64,000 nucleotides of DNA from Bacteroidia bacterium. GTDB lineage: Bacteria > Bacteroidota > Bacteroidia > UBA8524. The stretch lies in NCBI GenBank assembly GCA_964215915.1, contig CAXPEB010000094.1:535-64534 (forward strand). The letters run 5' to 3'. The notes below the pieces were generated by a model. That model worked only from the letters and a program-made list of their open reading frames with translations. It made no database searches and had not been told where the DNA came from. Shown in pieces: positions 9,098 through 18,635 of the stretch (the stretch's first letter is position 1; each line of letters starts with the position of its first letter). The translations under genes and the position numbers were made by a program.

Positions 9098-9757
9098 ATG
9101 AAAATAGCCCTGACAGGAAGAGCGGAACGCAAAGCAGAGTGGACGCAAAAGGTTTCATCCGAATGCAATATAACAGAATTCACTTTCGGTGAGGAATTGC
9201 CCGAACACGACTTGCTTGTTGACCTTGACTTCGATGACTACCCCGAACGCATATTGCCCTATGCCCAACTGAATACCCCTTTGTTGCTCTCGGCTGTTAA
9301 GGTGCAGTTACTGGGAGTTCTCGCCCATTTCGGAATCCGGAAGAAGAAAAATATTTTCGGGATCAATGCCCTGCCTACCTTTATCAATAGAGAACTCAGC
9401 GAAATGAGTAGTGCCTTTCCGGAAGAAAGAAGCGGGTTTCAACCCGTGCTGGATCAACTGGGGCTCAAACCCGAGTGGGTTGACGACCGCACCGGCATGG
9501 TGACGCCACGAATTCTTTTTATGATCATCAATGAAGCTTTCTACACGGTACAAGAAGGCACAGCGGAAAGAGGCGATATCGATACTGCAATGAAACTTGG
9601 TACTGCTTACCCCCATGGTCCCTTTGAATGGATGGAAAAAATTGGGGTGCGCGAGGTTTACGAAGTACTTGACGCACTATACCAGGATACCCGTGAGGAG
9701 CGCTACAAGATCTGCCCCCTCCTCAAAACCGAATATTTAGGATCGGCCCTGCGCTAG
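9098..9757 (+). CDS. 3-hydroxyacyl-CoA dehydrogenase-family protein, probably non-catalytic
   Basis: The C-terminal domain is clear ([47 protein letters not shown]). The N-terminus [12 protein letters not shown] has no GxGxxG loop, and GINALPT replaces GVHFFNP. Confidence 0.7.
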   Translation: MKIALTGRAERKAEWTQKVSSECNITEFTFGEELPEHDLLVDLDFDDYPERILPYAQLNTPLLLSAVKVQLLGVLAHFGIRKKKNIFGINALPTFINRELSEMSSAFPEERSGFQPVLDQLGLKPEWVDDRTGMVTPRILFMIINEAFYTVQEGTAERGDIDTAMKLGTAYPHGPFEWMEKIGVREVYEVLDALYQDTREERYKICPLLKTEYLGSALR

Positions 9758-10681
9758 AACGCGGGTCCGGAAATCTTCGTAGGCCAGGGCGATGCCTTCA
9801 CGAAGGCTCACTTTCGGAGTATAACCCAATTCCTTCAGTTTGGATACATCCATCAGTTTCCTGGGCGTTCCGTCGGGCTTGTCGGTATTGAACCTCAGCT
9901 CCCCCTCAAATCCGATGACTTCCTTAACCAGGTAAGCCAGGTCACGGATGGATATGTCTTCCCCTACTCCAACATTCACAAAACCCTTTTCATCGTACTT
10001 TTCCATCAACAGGAAACAAGCATCGGCCAGGTCGTCGGCAAACATGAACTCTCTGAGCGGAGAGCCTGTACCCCATATCTCCACTTCTCCGGCCCCGTTT
10101 TCCTTTGCTTCGTGAAACTTGCGGATCAGTGCCGGGAGCACATGCGAGTTTTGCGGGTGGTAGTTATCGTTATAGCCATACAGGTTGGTGGGCATCACCG
10201 ATATGAAATTAGCTCCGTACTGGTCGCGGTAGGCCTCACAAAGTTTGATTCCGGCAATTTTGGCAATGGCATAGGGCTCATTGGTTTGTTCCAAAGGGCC
10301 GGTTAAAAGGTATTCTTCTTTCAGTGGCTGAGGCGCCATTTTGGGATAGATACAGGAAGACCCGAAGAACATCAGTTTTTTAACCTGGTGGAGATGACTT
10401 TGATGGATGATATTGCTCTCTATCATCAGGTTTTCGTAGATGAAATCCGCCCTGTAGGTGTTATTGGCCACAATACCGCCAACCTTGGCGGCCGCCAGGA
10501 AAACGTATTCAGGTTTCTCCTTTTCAAAAAACGCCTTGACAGCCTCCTGGTCACGCAGGTCCAGTTCTGAAGACGTTCGGAACACCAAATTGGAATATCC
10601 TTCTTTCTCCAGTTTCCGCCGCATGGCGGAACCAACCATACCCCGGTGCCCGGCTATATAGATTTTCGCTCCTTTATCCAT
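9737..10681 (-). CDS. fcl: GDP-L-fucose synthase
   Basis: [17 protein letters not shown]...[24 protein letters not shown]...GSSCIYPK. The gene is immediately downstream of gmd. Confidence 0.9.
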   Translation of the reverse strand: MDKGAKIYIAGHRGMVGSAMRRKLEKEGYSNLVFRTSSELDLRDQEAVKAFFEKEKPEYVFLAAAKVGGIVANNTYRADFIYENLMIESNIIHQSHLHQVKKLMFFGSSCIYPKMAPQPLKEEYLLTGPLEQTNEPYAIAKIAGIKLCEAYRDQYGANFISVMPTNLYGYNDNYHPQNSHVLPALIRKFHEAKENGAGEVEIWGTGSPLREFMFADDLADACFLLMEKYDEKGFVNVGVGEDISIRDLAYLVKEVIGFEGELRFNTDKPDGTPRKLMDVSKLKELGYTPKVSLREGIALAYEDFRTRVLAQGRS

Positions 10682-10683
10682 AC

Positions 10684-11820
10684 CTATTCAAAATAATTCA
10701 TGGTACGGAAACCGCCTTCTTTCAGGTACTGTTCCTTGCGCATCAGTTTCATGTCGCTTCGCATCATGTCCTTTACAAGGGCGGGGAGATCGTACTTGGG
10801 TTCCCAGCCGAGTTTTTTCTTGGCCTTGGCCGGATCACCGATGAGCAACTCCACTTCGGTCGGGCGGTAGTATTTGGGATCGATCCTGACTACCGTATTT
10901 CCGGGTTTCAGAGCAGAAAGACTGGCACCGAAAGATTCGGCTTTTGAGGTATCGATGGAATCGATGATTCCGGTCTCGTTTTCTCCTTCATCCTCGAAAC
11001 GCAGGATAACTCCCGCTTCGGCAAAACTCATTTTCACAAATTCCCTTACGGTGGTGGTGATACCCGTTGCTACAACGTAATCATCCGGTTCATCCACCTG
11101 AAGGATTCTCCACATGGCCTCCACATAATCTTTGGCATGCCCCCAGTCGCGTTGGGCATCCAGGTTTCCCAGGAAAACCTGCTCTTGCTGTCCGAGCAGG
11201 ATACGGGAAGTGGCCCGGGTGATCTTGCGGGTTACAAAGGTTTCTCCCCGGATAGGGGATTCGTGATTAAAAAGGATTCCGTTACTGGCAAACATACCGT
11301 ACGCTTCCCGGTAATTCACCGTGATCCAGTATCCGTATAATTTAGCGGCAGCATAAGGAGAACGCGGATAAAAAGGTGTCTTTTCCGACTGCGGTACTTC
11401 CTGAACCAAGCCGTATAACTCGGAAGTGGAAGCCTGGTAGAACCGGGTCTTTTTTTCCATTCCCAAAATACGAATAGCCTCCAGGATACGGAGCACCCCT
11501 ATCCCATCGGCATTGGCCGTATATTCAGGTGTTTCAAAGGATACTTTGACATGTGATTGGGCTGCGAGGTTATAGATCTCATCGGGTTGCGTTTCTTGTA
11601 TGATACGGATAAGGTTGGTGGAATCGGTCATATCCCCATAGTGCAGGTGAAACCTGAGGTTCTTTTCATGCGGATCTTGATAGAGATGATCCACTCTGTC
11701 AGTATTAAATAAAGAACTCCTTCTTTTTATCCCGTGAACCGTGTACCCTTTATTCAACAGCAACTCTGCAAGATATGCTCCGTCCTGTCCTGTTACACCG
11801 GTTATCAACGCTACTTTCAT
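10684..11820 (-). CDS. gmd: GDP-mannose 4,6-dehydratase
   Basis: [36 protein letters not shown]...QASTSELYG...YAAAKLY...[20 protein letters not shown]. Confidence 0.95.
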   Translation of the reverse strand: MKVALITGVTGQDGAYLAELLLNKGYTVHGIKRRSSLFNTDRVDHLYQDPHEKNLRFHLHYGDMTDSTNLIRIIQETQPDEIYNLAAQSHVKVSFETPEYTANADGIGVLRILEAIRILGMEKKTRFYQASTSELYGLVQEVPQSEKTPFYPRSPYAAAKLYGYWITVNYREAYGMFASNGILFNHESPIRGETFVTRKITRATSRILLGQQEQVFLGNLDAQRDWGHAKDYVEAMWRILQVDEPDDYVVATGITTTVREFVKMSFAEAGVILRFEDEGENETGIIDSIDTSKAESFGASLSALKPGNTVVRIDPKYYRPTEVELLIGDPAKAKKKLGWEPKYDLPALVKDMMRSDMKLMRKEQYLKEGGFRTMNYFE

Positions 11821-11886
11821 GTTAATTTTTCCTTAATTTGAACGAAATTTTAACCTACTGCGAAACTAAGCTAATTCGCTCATCCT

Positions 11887-13212
11887 ATGATCACGGTTTT
11901 TACCGAAACGAAAAGCCCGCGCCTTCGCTACACACTGGAAATTCTATTTCGGCGTTGCCTGGGTATCGACTTTCGGCTCATTACCGACTGGGACAAGTTC
12001 AGGAAAATCGATCTGCCCAGGATCAATTACAGCAAACGGGAACACAAGGATTCGCTTCAGATCATCCCGCATGCGCTGCTTTTCGAAGACTCCATCCATA
12101 GCCAAAAGATCAAGGTGAAAAAATGGAACGGTCTGCCGGTCTTTTTTCAAACCAATGACAAGGGGGAGTTTCCTTTCGACGCCCTCGCCGCCAGTTTTTA
12201 CCTGCTCAGCCGATACGAAGAATACCTGGATTATCAACCTGATGAACATGGCCGCTTTCCAGCAAAGGCAAGCCTGGCATACCGGGAGGGCTTCCTGGAG
12301 AGACCCATAGTGAATGAATGGGCTATGGAAATCGTGCGCCTACTGGCCCGCAGCTTCCCGGATTATACGTTTCACCAAACGGAATTCCGTTACGTCAGCA
12401 CCATTGACATTGATATGGCTTATAGCTATAAACACAAAGGTGTTTGGCGCAACCTGGGGGGATTTACGCGGGAATTACTAAAGCTCGACCTGAAGAAGCT
12501 TGATAAACGCATCAAGGTGCTTACGGATAAGGAACAGGATCCGCTCGACAATTTCGAGTACCAATTGAGCCAACACCGGAAATGGGAAACGGAGGTGATC
12601 TATTTTATCCTGCTTGCCGACCACAGCAAATTCGACAAGAATATCGAATGGGACAATGAATCATTCGTAGAACTGATCCAGGAGCTGGCAGAAGAATATA
12701 CCGTAGGGATACACCCCTCTTATTATTCAAACAAGGTCAGGAAAAAGCTGGCAGAAGAGATAGAACGCCTGGAAAGCATCACGATGAAGGAAGTCGACTG
12801 CAGCAGGCAGCACTTTCTCAAGCTGGATATCCGTGAGACCTATAAATTACTGGAAGCGCGCGGAATTCTGCACGATCACTCTATGGGCTATTCCGAAGAA
12901 ACCGGATTCCGGGCGGGTACTTGCTCCAGCTTTCCATTCTTTGACCTACTGAAGAACGAACGCCGGGAATTGATCCTGCATCCCTTTGCCGTTATGGATG
13001 TAGCGCTCAACCGCTTCAAAAAACTGAATCCCGCCCAGGCTACCGAAAAGATCAGAGAACTGATGGGTCGGGTAAAAAAATGCCGCGGAACTTTTATCAG
13101 TGTGTTCCACAACGAATCGCTCAGTGACTTCGATAATTGGAAGGGATGGCGGGAAGTCTATGAAAACATGCTTGCCGAAGCAGTAAAAGTATATGATCCG
13201 CTACCTGCCTGA
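11887..13212 (+). CDS. polysaccharide deacetylase-like (NodB-fold-like) protein
   Basis: VSTIDIDMAY (Asp-rich motif), GIHPSYYS, SRQHFLKLD and GFRAGTCSSFPFFDL resemble divergent carbohydrate esterase/deacetylase family members. The assignment is by eye only. Confidence 0.5.
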   Translation: MITVFTETKSPRLRYTLEILFRRCLGIDFRLITDWDKFRKIDLPRINYSKREHKDSLQIIPHALLFEDSIHSQKIKVKKWNGLPVFFQTNDKGEFPFDALAASFYLLSRYEEYLDYQPDEHGRFPAKASLAYREGFLERPIVNEWAMEIVRLLARSFPDYTFHQTEFRYVSTIDIDMAYSYKHKGVWRNLGGFTRELLKLDLKKLDKRIKVLTDKEQDPLDNFEYQLSQHRKWETEVIYFILLADHSKFDKNIEWDNESFVELIQELAEEYTVGIHPSYYSNKVRKKLAEEIERLESITMKEVDCSRQHFLKLDIRETYKLLEARGILHDHSMGYSEETGFRAGTCSSFPFFDLLKNERRELILHPFAVMDVALNRFKKLNPAQATEKIRELMGRVKKCRGTFISVFHNESLSDFDNWKGWREVYENMLAEAVKVYDPLPA

Positions 13213-14110
13213 AGAAGAGATTGACAGCGGAAAATGGGATGCCTGCATCCGGGAATCATCCCCCTCACTGCTTTATGCATATACCTGGTACCTGGACGTT
13301 GTTTGCTCTCACTGGGCCGGCCTGGTACTGAACGACTACGAGGCCGTGATGCCACTCCCCTATACCCGGAAACTCGGACTGACCTTCGGACTGCAGCCTC
13401 TGTTCTGTCAGCAACTTGGCGTGTTCAGCAAAGGGGTGCTGGATGAAGAGTTACTCAAGCGGTTCCTGGCGGCAATCCCTCCTTCCTTCCTGCTCGTGAA
13501 CTATCAGCTTAATTACCGTTGCCGGCAGGTAGCGGGAGATTACCCACTGAAAAACAATTATGTTCTGGACTTGATGCCAGACCATAAAACGCTTCATACC
13601 CGCTACCACCTTTCGCTCCGGCGTGGTCTGAAAAAATCTGCCAAGAGCAGTTGCCAGATCCTGGAAGGAGTTGACGTGGCCTCAATGCTTGATCTGATCC
13701 GGTATCAGAATACCGAGAAAAAGATGGGGCTGAATGAAAAGGCCTTAAAAACACTCGAAAAGCTTATCCATACCGCAACAGCCAAAGGCGTTTTAATCAG
13801 CGTAGGCTATTACTCACCGGTAAATCACCTGTGTTCGGTAGGGATATTCCTTGCAGACCGGCAGCGTATCTATTACCTTATCGGTGCCTCGGATAAAATG
13901 GGGCGGGAGTATTTTGGGATGGGCCGGGTTATGGATCATATCATACAAAAGTATTCCGGAATGGGAATGACTCTGGATTTCGAAGGCTCAGAGATAGAAG
14001 GCATCGCCCGTTTTTTCAGTCATTTCGGTGCACAAAACAATCCCTATCCGGTTTTCCTGAAAAACCGTCTCGGTGCCGCAGGCCGCTTTCTTCTTGGCAA
14101 GGCACCCTGA
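13193..14110 (+). CDS. FemAB-like / GNAT-superfamily acyltransferase-like protein
   Basis: The size, N-terminal pattern MIRYLPEEEIDSGKWDACI...YAYTWYLDVV and C-terminal TLDFEGSEIEGIARFFSHFGA resemble Acetyltransf_6-type proteins. The gene overlaps the upstream gene by 20 nt. Confidence 0.45.
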   Translation: MIRYLPEEEIDSGKWDACIRESSPSLLYAYTWYLDVVCSHWAGLVLNDYEAVMPLPYTRKLGLTFGLQPLFCQQLGVFSKGVLDEELLKRFLAAIPPSFLLVNYQLNYRCRQVAGDYPLKNNYVLDLMPDHKTLHTRYHLSLRRGLKKSAKSSCQILEGVDVASMLDLIRYQNTEKKMGLNEKALKTLEKLIHTATAKGVLISVGYYSPVNHLCSVGIFLADRQRIYYLIGASDKMGREYFGMGRVMDHIIQKYSGMGMTLDFEGSEIEGIARFFSHFGAQNNPYPVFLKNRLGAAGRFLLGKAP

Positions 14111-14191
14111 TTTTAAACGAAGAGGTTTCCGCTCAACTTGAAAATTGTTTGCTTTGGCTTATTTTGCGGAACTTTTTGAGAAAAGTGAATT

Positions 14192-16321
14192 ATGGCAGTT
14201 ATTGAGAAAATAAGACAGCGTACCGGATTACTGATCATCTTTGTTGGTCTGGCCTTGCTGCTCTTTCTGGTTTCTGACGCGATCAGCAACAACATGAACC
14301 TGTTTCGTGGCAGCGACAACACAGTGGGAGTAATTGACGGGAAGAACATTACGTACCAGGAATTCAACGACAAACTGGAAACCTATAAGTCCAATATGGA
14401 ACAACAGGGCCAGAAAGTCGACGAGTTCACATCAAATATGATTCGTGAGCAGATCTGGAACGAATACATCCAGAATATTGTGGTGAATGAGCAATATGAA
14501 GAACTCGGTCTGATGGTAACAGGCGACGAGATCTTTGCCACCGTAACCAACCCGGTGGATATTCCTCAGATTCGCGACGCAGAAGCTTTTAAGAATAAAT
14601 CCACAAACCAGTTCGACCCTGCCCTGGTTATCAATTACCTGAAGCAGATCGATCAGGACCCCAGCGGACAAGCCAAACGCAGCTGGGTGGAATTCGAAGA
14701 AAAATCCCTGAAGCCCCAACTCATCTCCAAAAAATACAATACCCTCATCACCAAAGGGGTATACCGCACCAGCCTGGAAGTGAAAGCAGACTTCAATGAC
14801 AACAATGTTCAGGTAGACGGTAAAGTGGTGGGCTTTAACTTTAACAGTATCGTCGACGATTCGGTAAGTGTTTCCGAAGACGAAATGCGCAAATACCTGA
14901 AGGAACATCCTGAGGATTACCAGCAGGAAGCTTCCCGCCGTATGGAATACGTGGTTTTCGACATTTACCCGTCAGCCGAAGATACCGCCAAGGTCTTCAA
15001 TTGGGCCAAAGAGAAAGCGGTAAAATTCAAATCCGCGACTAACGATACCTTGTTTATCGCCTCCAACAACCCCACTACCGGTTTTGACACCACATTTAAA
15101 CCACGTGGAAGCTATATCGACAGAGTGGATGAGGCCATCTTCAGTGCAAATGAAAACGATGTTATCGGTCCCATTTATGACGGTGGCGAATTCTCCATCT
15201 ATAAAGTCCTGCACTTCAAAGAAGATTCCGTACCATATATCCGGGCCAGCCAGATCCTGATCAAACCTCGCGGAGGTTATGAAAAAGAAGATTCGCTATA
15301 CGCCCTGGTAAGAGGTAATAATATTCTGAAAGCCCTGCGCAACGGAGCAGATTTCGAACAAATGGCCCGTGACTCTTCACAGGATTACCGTACTGCTGCC
15401 AAAGGCGGTGACCTCGGCTGGATGAAAAAAGCCGGTGGCACTCTTCCGGAGGTTGTGGAAAGAAACCTGTTTGCCACCAGCGAAGGCGGCATGTTCGTGG
15501 TACGTAGCTCCATGGGTGTTCACGTGATCAAAGTAACCGGCGGAAAAACCACACGACTAGCTCATGTGGGCAGAATCAGCCGCAAAGTGGAATACAGCAA
15601 CGAAACAGAGAACGGAGTATACGATCAGGCTTACCAGTTTGCAGCCACCAGCCGCGACGGTGATGCGTTTACGGAAAACACCGACAAAATGGGACTGATC
15701 AAAAGAATCTCTCCCGATATGCCCGAAGGAGAATCCAAATTGCCGAACATCGAAGATGCACGTGAAGTGATTCGCTGGGCTTTTGATGAAGAAACCGAGA
15801 TCGGAGATGTTTCCAAAGTCATCCCGAGTGGCGATAAGTACATCGTTGCACAATTGGTGAACATCAAAGAAAAAGGCACGGCCAAGTTGGAAGATGTACG
15901 CGACCAGTTGGAAGCCGATACCCGCCGGGCCAAAAAAGCCGAAATCCTTAAGCAAAGAATAAAAAATGCTATGGGTGGCGACAAAAACATCGAGCAGATT
16001 GCCCTCGACCTGGGAGCAATTGTAAGTACGGTACCGAATGTTTCTATGTCCAACCCTAACCTTCCTTTCGTTGGCAATGACCCCAAATTGGCAGGTGCCA
16101 TGATAGGCAGCCAGCAGGACAAGCTATACGGCCCTCTTGAAACCAAAAACGGTGTGTACCTCTATGTGGTAACGGCTCGTCGTGAGGCTGGAGAACCTCA
16201 GAATATCCTTGCCGAACGCACCAGGATGATCCAGGAGGCTTCCGGACAGGTTGGCGGCCGTGCATTTGAAGCGCTGAAAGAAGCGGCCAATATCAAAGAC
16301 TACCGTTACAAATTCTTCTAG
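14192..16321 (+). CDS. ppiD: periplasmic chaperone / peptidyl-prolyl isomerase, PpiD-like
   Basis: N-terminal anchor MAVIEKIRQRTGLLIIFVGLALLLFLVSDA, a SurA_N-like region, and a parvulin-like block (RASQILIKP...GGDLGWM). Confidence 0.8.
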   Translation: MAVIEKIRQRTGLLIIFVGLALLLFLVSDAISNNMNLFRGSDNTVGVIDGKNITYQEFNDKLETYKSNMEQQGQKVDEFTSNMIREQIWNEYIQNIVVNEQYEELGLMVTGDEIFATVTNPVDIPQIRDAEAFKNKSTNQFDPALVINYLKQIDQDPSGQAKRSWVEFEEKSLKPQLISKKYNTLITKGVYRTSLEVKADFNDNNVQVDGKVVGFNFNSIVDDSVSVSEDEMRKYLKEHPEDYQQEASRRMEYVVFDIYPSAEDTAKVFNWAKEKAVKFKSATNDTLFIASNNPTTGFDTTFKPRGSYIDRVDEAIFSANENDVIGPIYDGGEFSIYKVLHFKEDSVPYIRASQILIKPRGGYEKEDSLYALVRGNNILKALRNGADFEQMARDSSQDYRTAAKGGDLGWMKKAGGTLPEVVERNLFATSEGGMFVVRSSMGVHVIKVTGGKTTRLAHVGRISRKVEYSNETENGVYDQAYQFAATSRDGDAFTENTDKMGLIKRISPDMPEGESKLPNIEDAREVIRWAFDEETEIGDVSKVIPSGDKYIVAQLVNIKEKGTAKLEDVRDQLEADTRRAKKAEILKQRIKNAMGGDKNIEQIALDLGAIVSTVPNVSMSNPNLPFVGNDPKLAGAMIGSQQDKLYGPLETKNGVYLYVVTARREAGEPQNILAERTRMIQEASGQVGGRAFEALKEAANIKDYRYKFF

Positions 16322-16345
16322 ATCATAAGAAGCATAAAGAATAGA

Positions 16346-16372
16346 AAGCCGGCCTCACAGCCGGCTTTTTTG
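16346..16372 (+). terminator. rho-independent terminator after ppiD
   Basis: Stem gccgg (16348-16352) pairs with ccggc (16361-16365). A T-run at 16366-16371 follows. Confidence 0.7.
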
Positions 16373-16659
16373 TTTAGTCATTTCCATCGGGTATGGATCA
16401 ACTCTGTGGCAGAGTTACACTTCAACATTATTGAATACTTGTTCCTCAGAATGTTCTTTTTTCCTGAAGGCGGAGAAAGACCAATTCTCAATACCTGTTA
16501 GATTAACCATCACCCTGTTGACCGGGTTAATATCCCAGTTCCACAGTGGCTATTTATTTGCTCACCACGCCGGGAGATGGGTACATATACCTTGCTCCCT
16601 CTATTTCAGAATAGCCAATTAATACCCTTTTTTGACTTGATCCTTCCCATCTTTGCATT

Positions 16660-17415
16660 ATGCTTCACGCACATGTTTCGGGAAACGGTCCTGCCCTGGT
16701 ATTTCTACACGGTCACTGCGAAGACCACCGTATCTGGAAAGGACTCGTCCCCGTCTTTGATTCCTCCTACCAAGTAGTTTGCCCGGACCTGCCCGGTTTC
16801 GGAAAAAGCAATTCCGATAGCCGTTCCCTCGATGAATGGGCTCATGAACTTTTTCAACTCCTCGATAAACTGGAGATAACCCGGTTCAGCCTGATCGGTC
16901 ATTCTTTGGGAGCTTATGCGGGCCTGGCGATGCTCGAGACCCAACCTCAGCGCTTTCATAGTTTTACCTTTCTTCATTCCACCTGCCTAGCCGATACGGA
17001 AGAGAAAAAGACAGGCAGGCTCCGACAAATCAAACTCCTTGAGCAGTACGGAACCGAGCCTTATGTCAGGCAGATTATCCCGGGACTTTTTCGTCCCGGT
17101 TATAGCGGCCCTTCTCTGGAAATGGCCTTGGACATTGCCAGGGAACAAACTCCCCAAGGGCTGATCAATGCGCTTATGGCTATGCATGACAGGCCCGACC
17201 GCTGTTCTCTGTTGAAAAGGACCTCTGTTCCGGTAGCAGTTATCTCAGGCGAACAGGATGGATTGCTTCCGCTGGAAAAGCAGGCATGGATGGCCGAACT
17301 GCCTTCCTCCGGTTATTTCCGGGTACTGGAACAAAGCGGCCATATGGGGCAATATGAGGAGCCAGAAGTCGTAACCCGCGCGCTAATGGAGTTCCTGAAA
17401 ACGCTCAATCACTAA
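16660..17415 (+). CDS. alpha/beta-fold hydrolase
   Basis: PALVFLHGHCEDHRIW...LIGHSLGAY (GxSxG)...SGHMGQYEEPE. Confidence 0.8.
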   Translation: MLHAHVSGNGPALVFLHGHCEDHRIWKGLVPVFDSSYQVVCPDLPGFGKSNSDSRSLDEWAHELFQLLDKLEITRFSLIGHSLGAYAGLAMLETQPQRFHSFTFLHSTCLADTEEKKTGRLRQIKLLEQYGTEPYVRQIIPGLFRPGYSGPSLEMALDIAREQTPQGLINALMAMHDRPDRCSLLKRTSVPVAVISGEQDGLLPLEKQAWMAELPSSGYFRVLEQSGHMGQYEEPEVVTRALMEFLKTLNH

Positions 17416-18464
17416 TCCGGCTGATCCAGATTCCAGGCACCGGAAACACGGCGCCATTTTTCCAGGGCTCCCTGGAAATCCTCCGGCAGAACAGAATCAA
17501 AAAACACCTTTTTGCCGGTTCGCGGATGAATAAAACCGAGTGATTTGGCATGCAGGGCTTGCCGGGGCAACTGTTCGAACAGGTTATGGATGAACTGCCG
17601 GAACTTGGGCAGATTCACCCCCTTGGGTAATTGATCCCCACCATAGATGCGGTCGTTGAAAATCGGGTGACCGATATAACGCATATGCGCTCTGATCTGA
17701 TGCGTTCTTCCCGTTTCCAGCCTGCATTCCACCAGGGTCACGTAATGAAAGCGTTCCAGCACTTTCCAGTGGGTAATAGCCGGTTTTCCCTGCTCGGGGT
17801 CCTGGAAGACGGTCATCTGCAGCCGGTCTTTGGGGTTTCGGCCCAGGTTTCCTTCTATGGTTCCTTCGTCTTCTTCAAAATCGCCCCAGACCAGTGCCAG
17901 GTAGCTTCTTTCGATACTGTGGTCATAGAACTGTTTGGCCAGGCGGGTCATGGCCTCCTCATTTTTACTGATGACAAGCAGCCCCGAGGTATCTTTATCG
18001 ATACGGTGCACCAAACCCGGCCTCTGCTCCCCGTTACGGGAAACAGGTAGCTGATCAAAATGGTGAACCAATGCATTGACCAGGGTGCCGGTGTAATTAT
18101 TGAATCCGGGATGCACTACCATGCCTGCCGATTTATTTACAATCAATAAATCTTCGTCCTCAAATACAATATCTATGGGGAGGTCTTCCGGGTATACGGT
18201 GGTATCACGCGGAGGATTAGGCAGCACAATGGAAATAACATCAAGCGGTTTGACCTTGTAGTTACTTTTCACCGGCTGGTCGTTAACCAGGATGCAGCCC
18301 GAGGAAGCAGCCGCCTGAATTTTGGTACGGCTGGCGTTCTCGATACGGTGCATCAGAAACTTATCGATACGAAGCAGGCTTTGCCCCTTATCGACTACAA
18401 TACGGTGATGTTCGTATAGATCCTGGTCTTCCGATTCGTTACGGATATCTTCTTCCTGCACCAT
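17412..18464 (-). CDS. rluD: RluA-family 23S rRNA pseudouridine synthase (RluD-like)
   Basis: S4-like N-terminus (LRIDKFL), then GLVHRIDKDTSGLLV and GRTHQIRAHM. The start was placed at Met9 of the track ORF. Confidence 0.88.
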   Translation of the reverse strand: MVQEEDIRNESEDQDLYEHHRIVVDKGQSLLRIDKFLMHRIENASRTKIQAAASSGCILVNDQPVKSNYKVKPLDVISIVLPNPPRDTTVYPEDLPIDIVFEDEDLLIVNKSAGMVVHPGFNNYTGTLVNALVHHFDQLPVSRNGEQRPGLVHRIDKDTSGLLVISKNEEAMTRLAKQFYDHSIERSYLALVWGDFEEDEGTIEGNLGRNPKDRLQMTVFQDPEQGKPAITHWKVLERFHYVTLVECRLETGRTHQIRAHMRYIGHPIFNDRIYGGDQLPKGVNLPKFRQFIHNLFEQLPRQALHAKSLGFIHPRTGKKVFFDSVLPEDFQGALEKWRRVSGAWNLDQPD

Positions 18465-18635
18465 GCAAAGAAACGAGGAAAGAAACAATTGAAAAAAAGA
18501 ATGGACTGTCGGGGGAGAAAGAAAAAACCCCGAAGTGTGTGGGCACTTCAGGGCTCTTCACGTTTTGATTTGGTTTGGTTTGACAGTATAGCTTGATATC
18601 TTTACAACACTAAGTTAACACTAATTATATTAGAA

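Noticed and set aside
16373-16659. ~290-nt spacer after the ppiD terminator, with two short track ORFs (16431-16622 and 16577-16777)
   Set aside because: The ORFs start at non-ATG codons, are Cys/Phe/Leu-rich and motif-free, and one runs into the hydrolase gene in another frame. I saw only a 7-bp inverted repeat (attaacc/ggttaat). There is not enough to call a feature.
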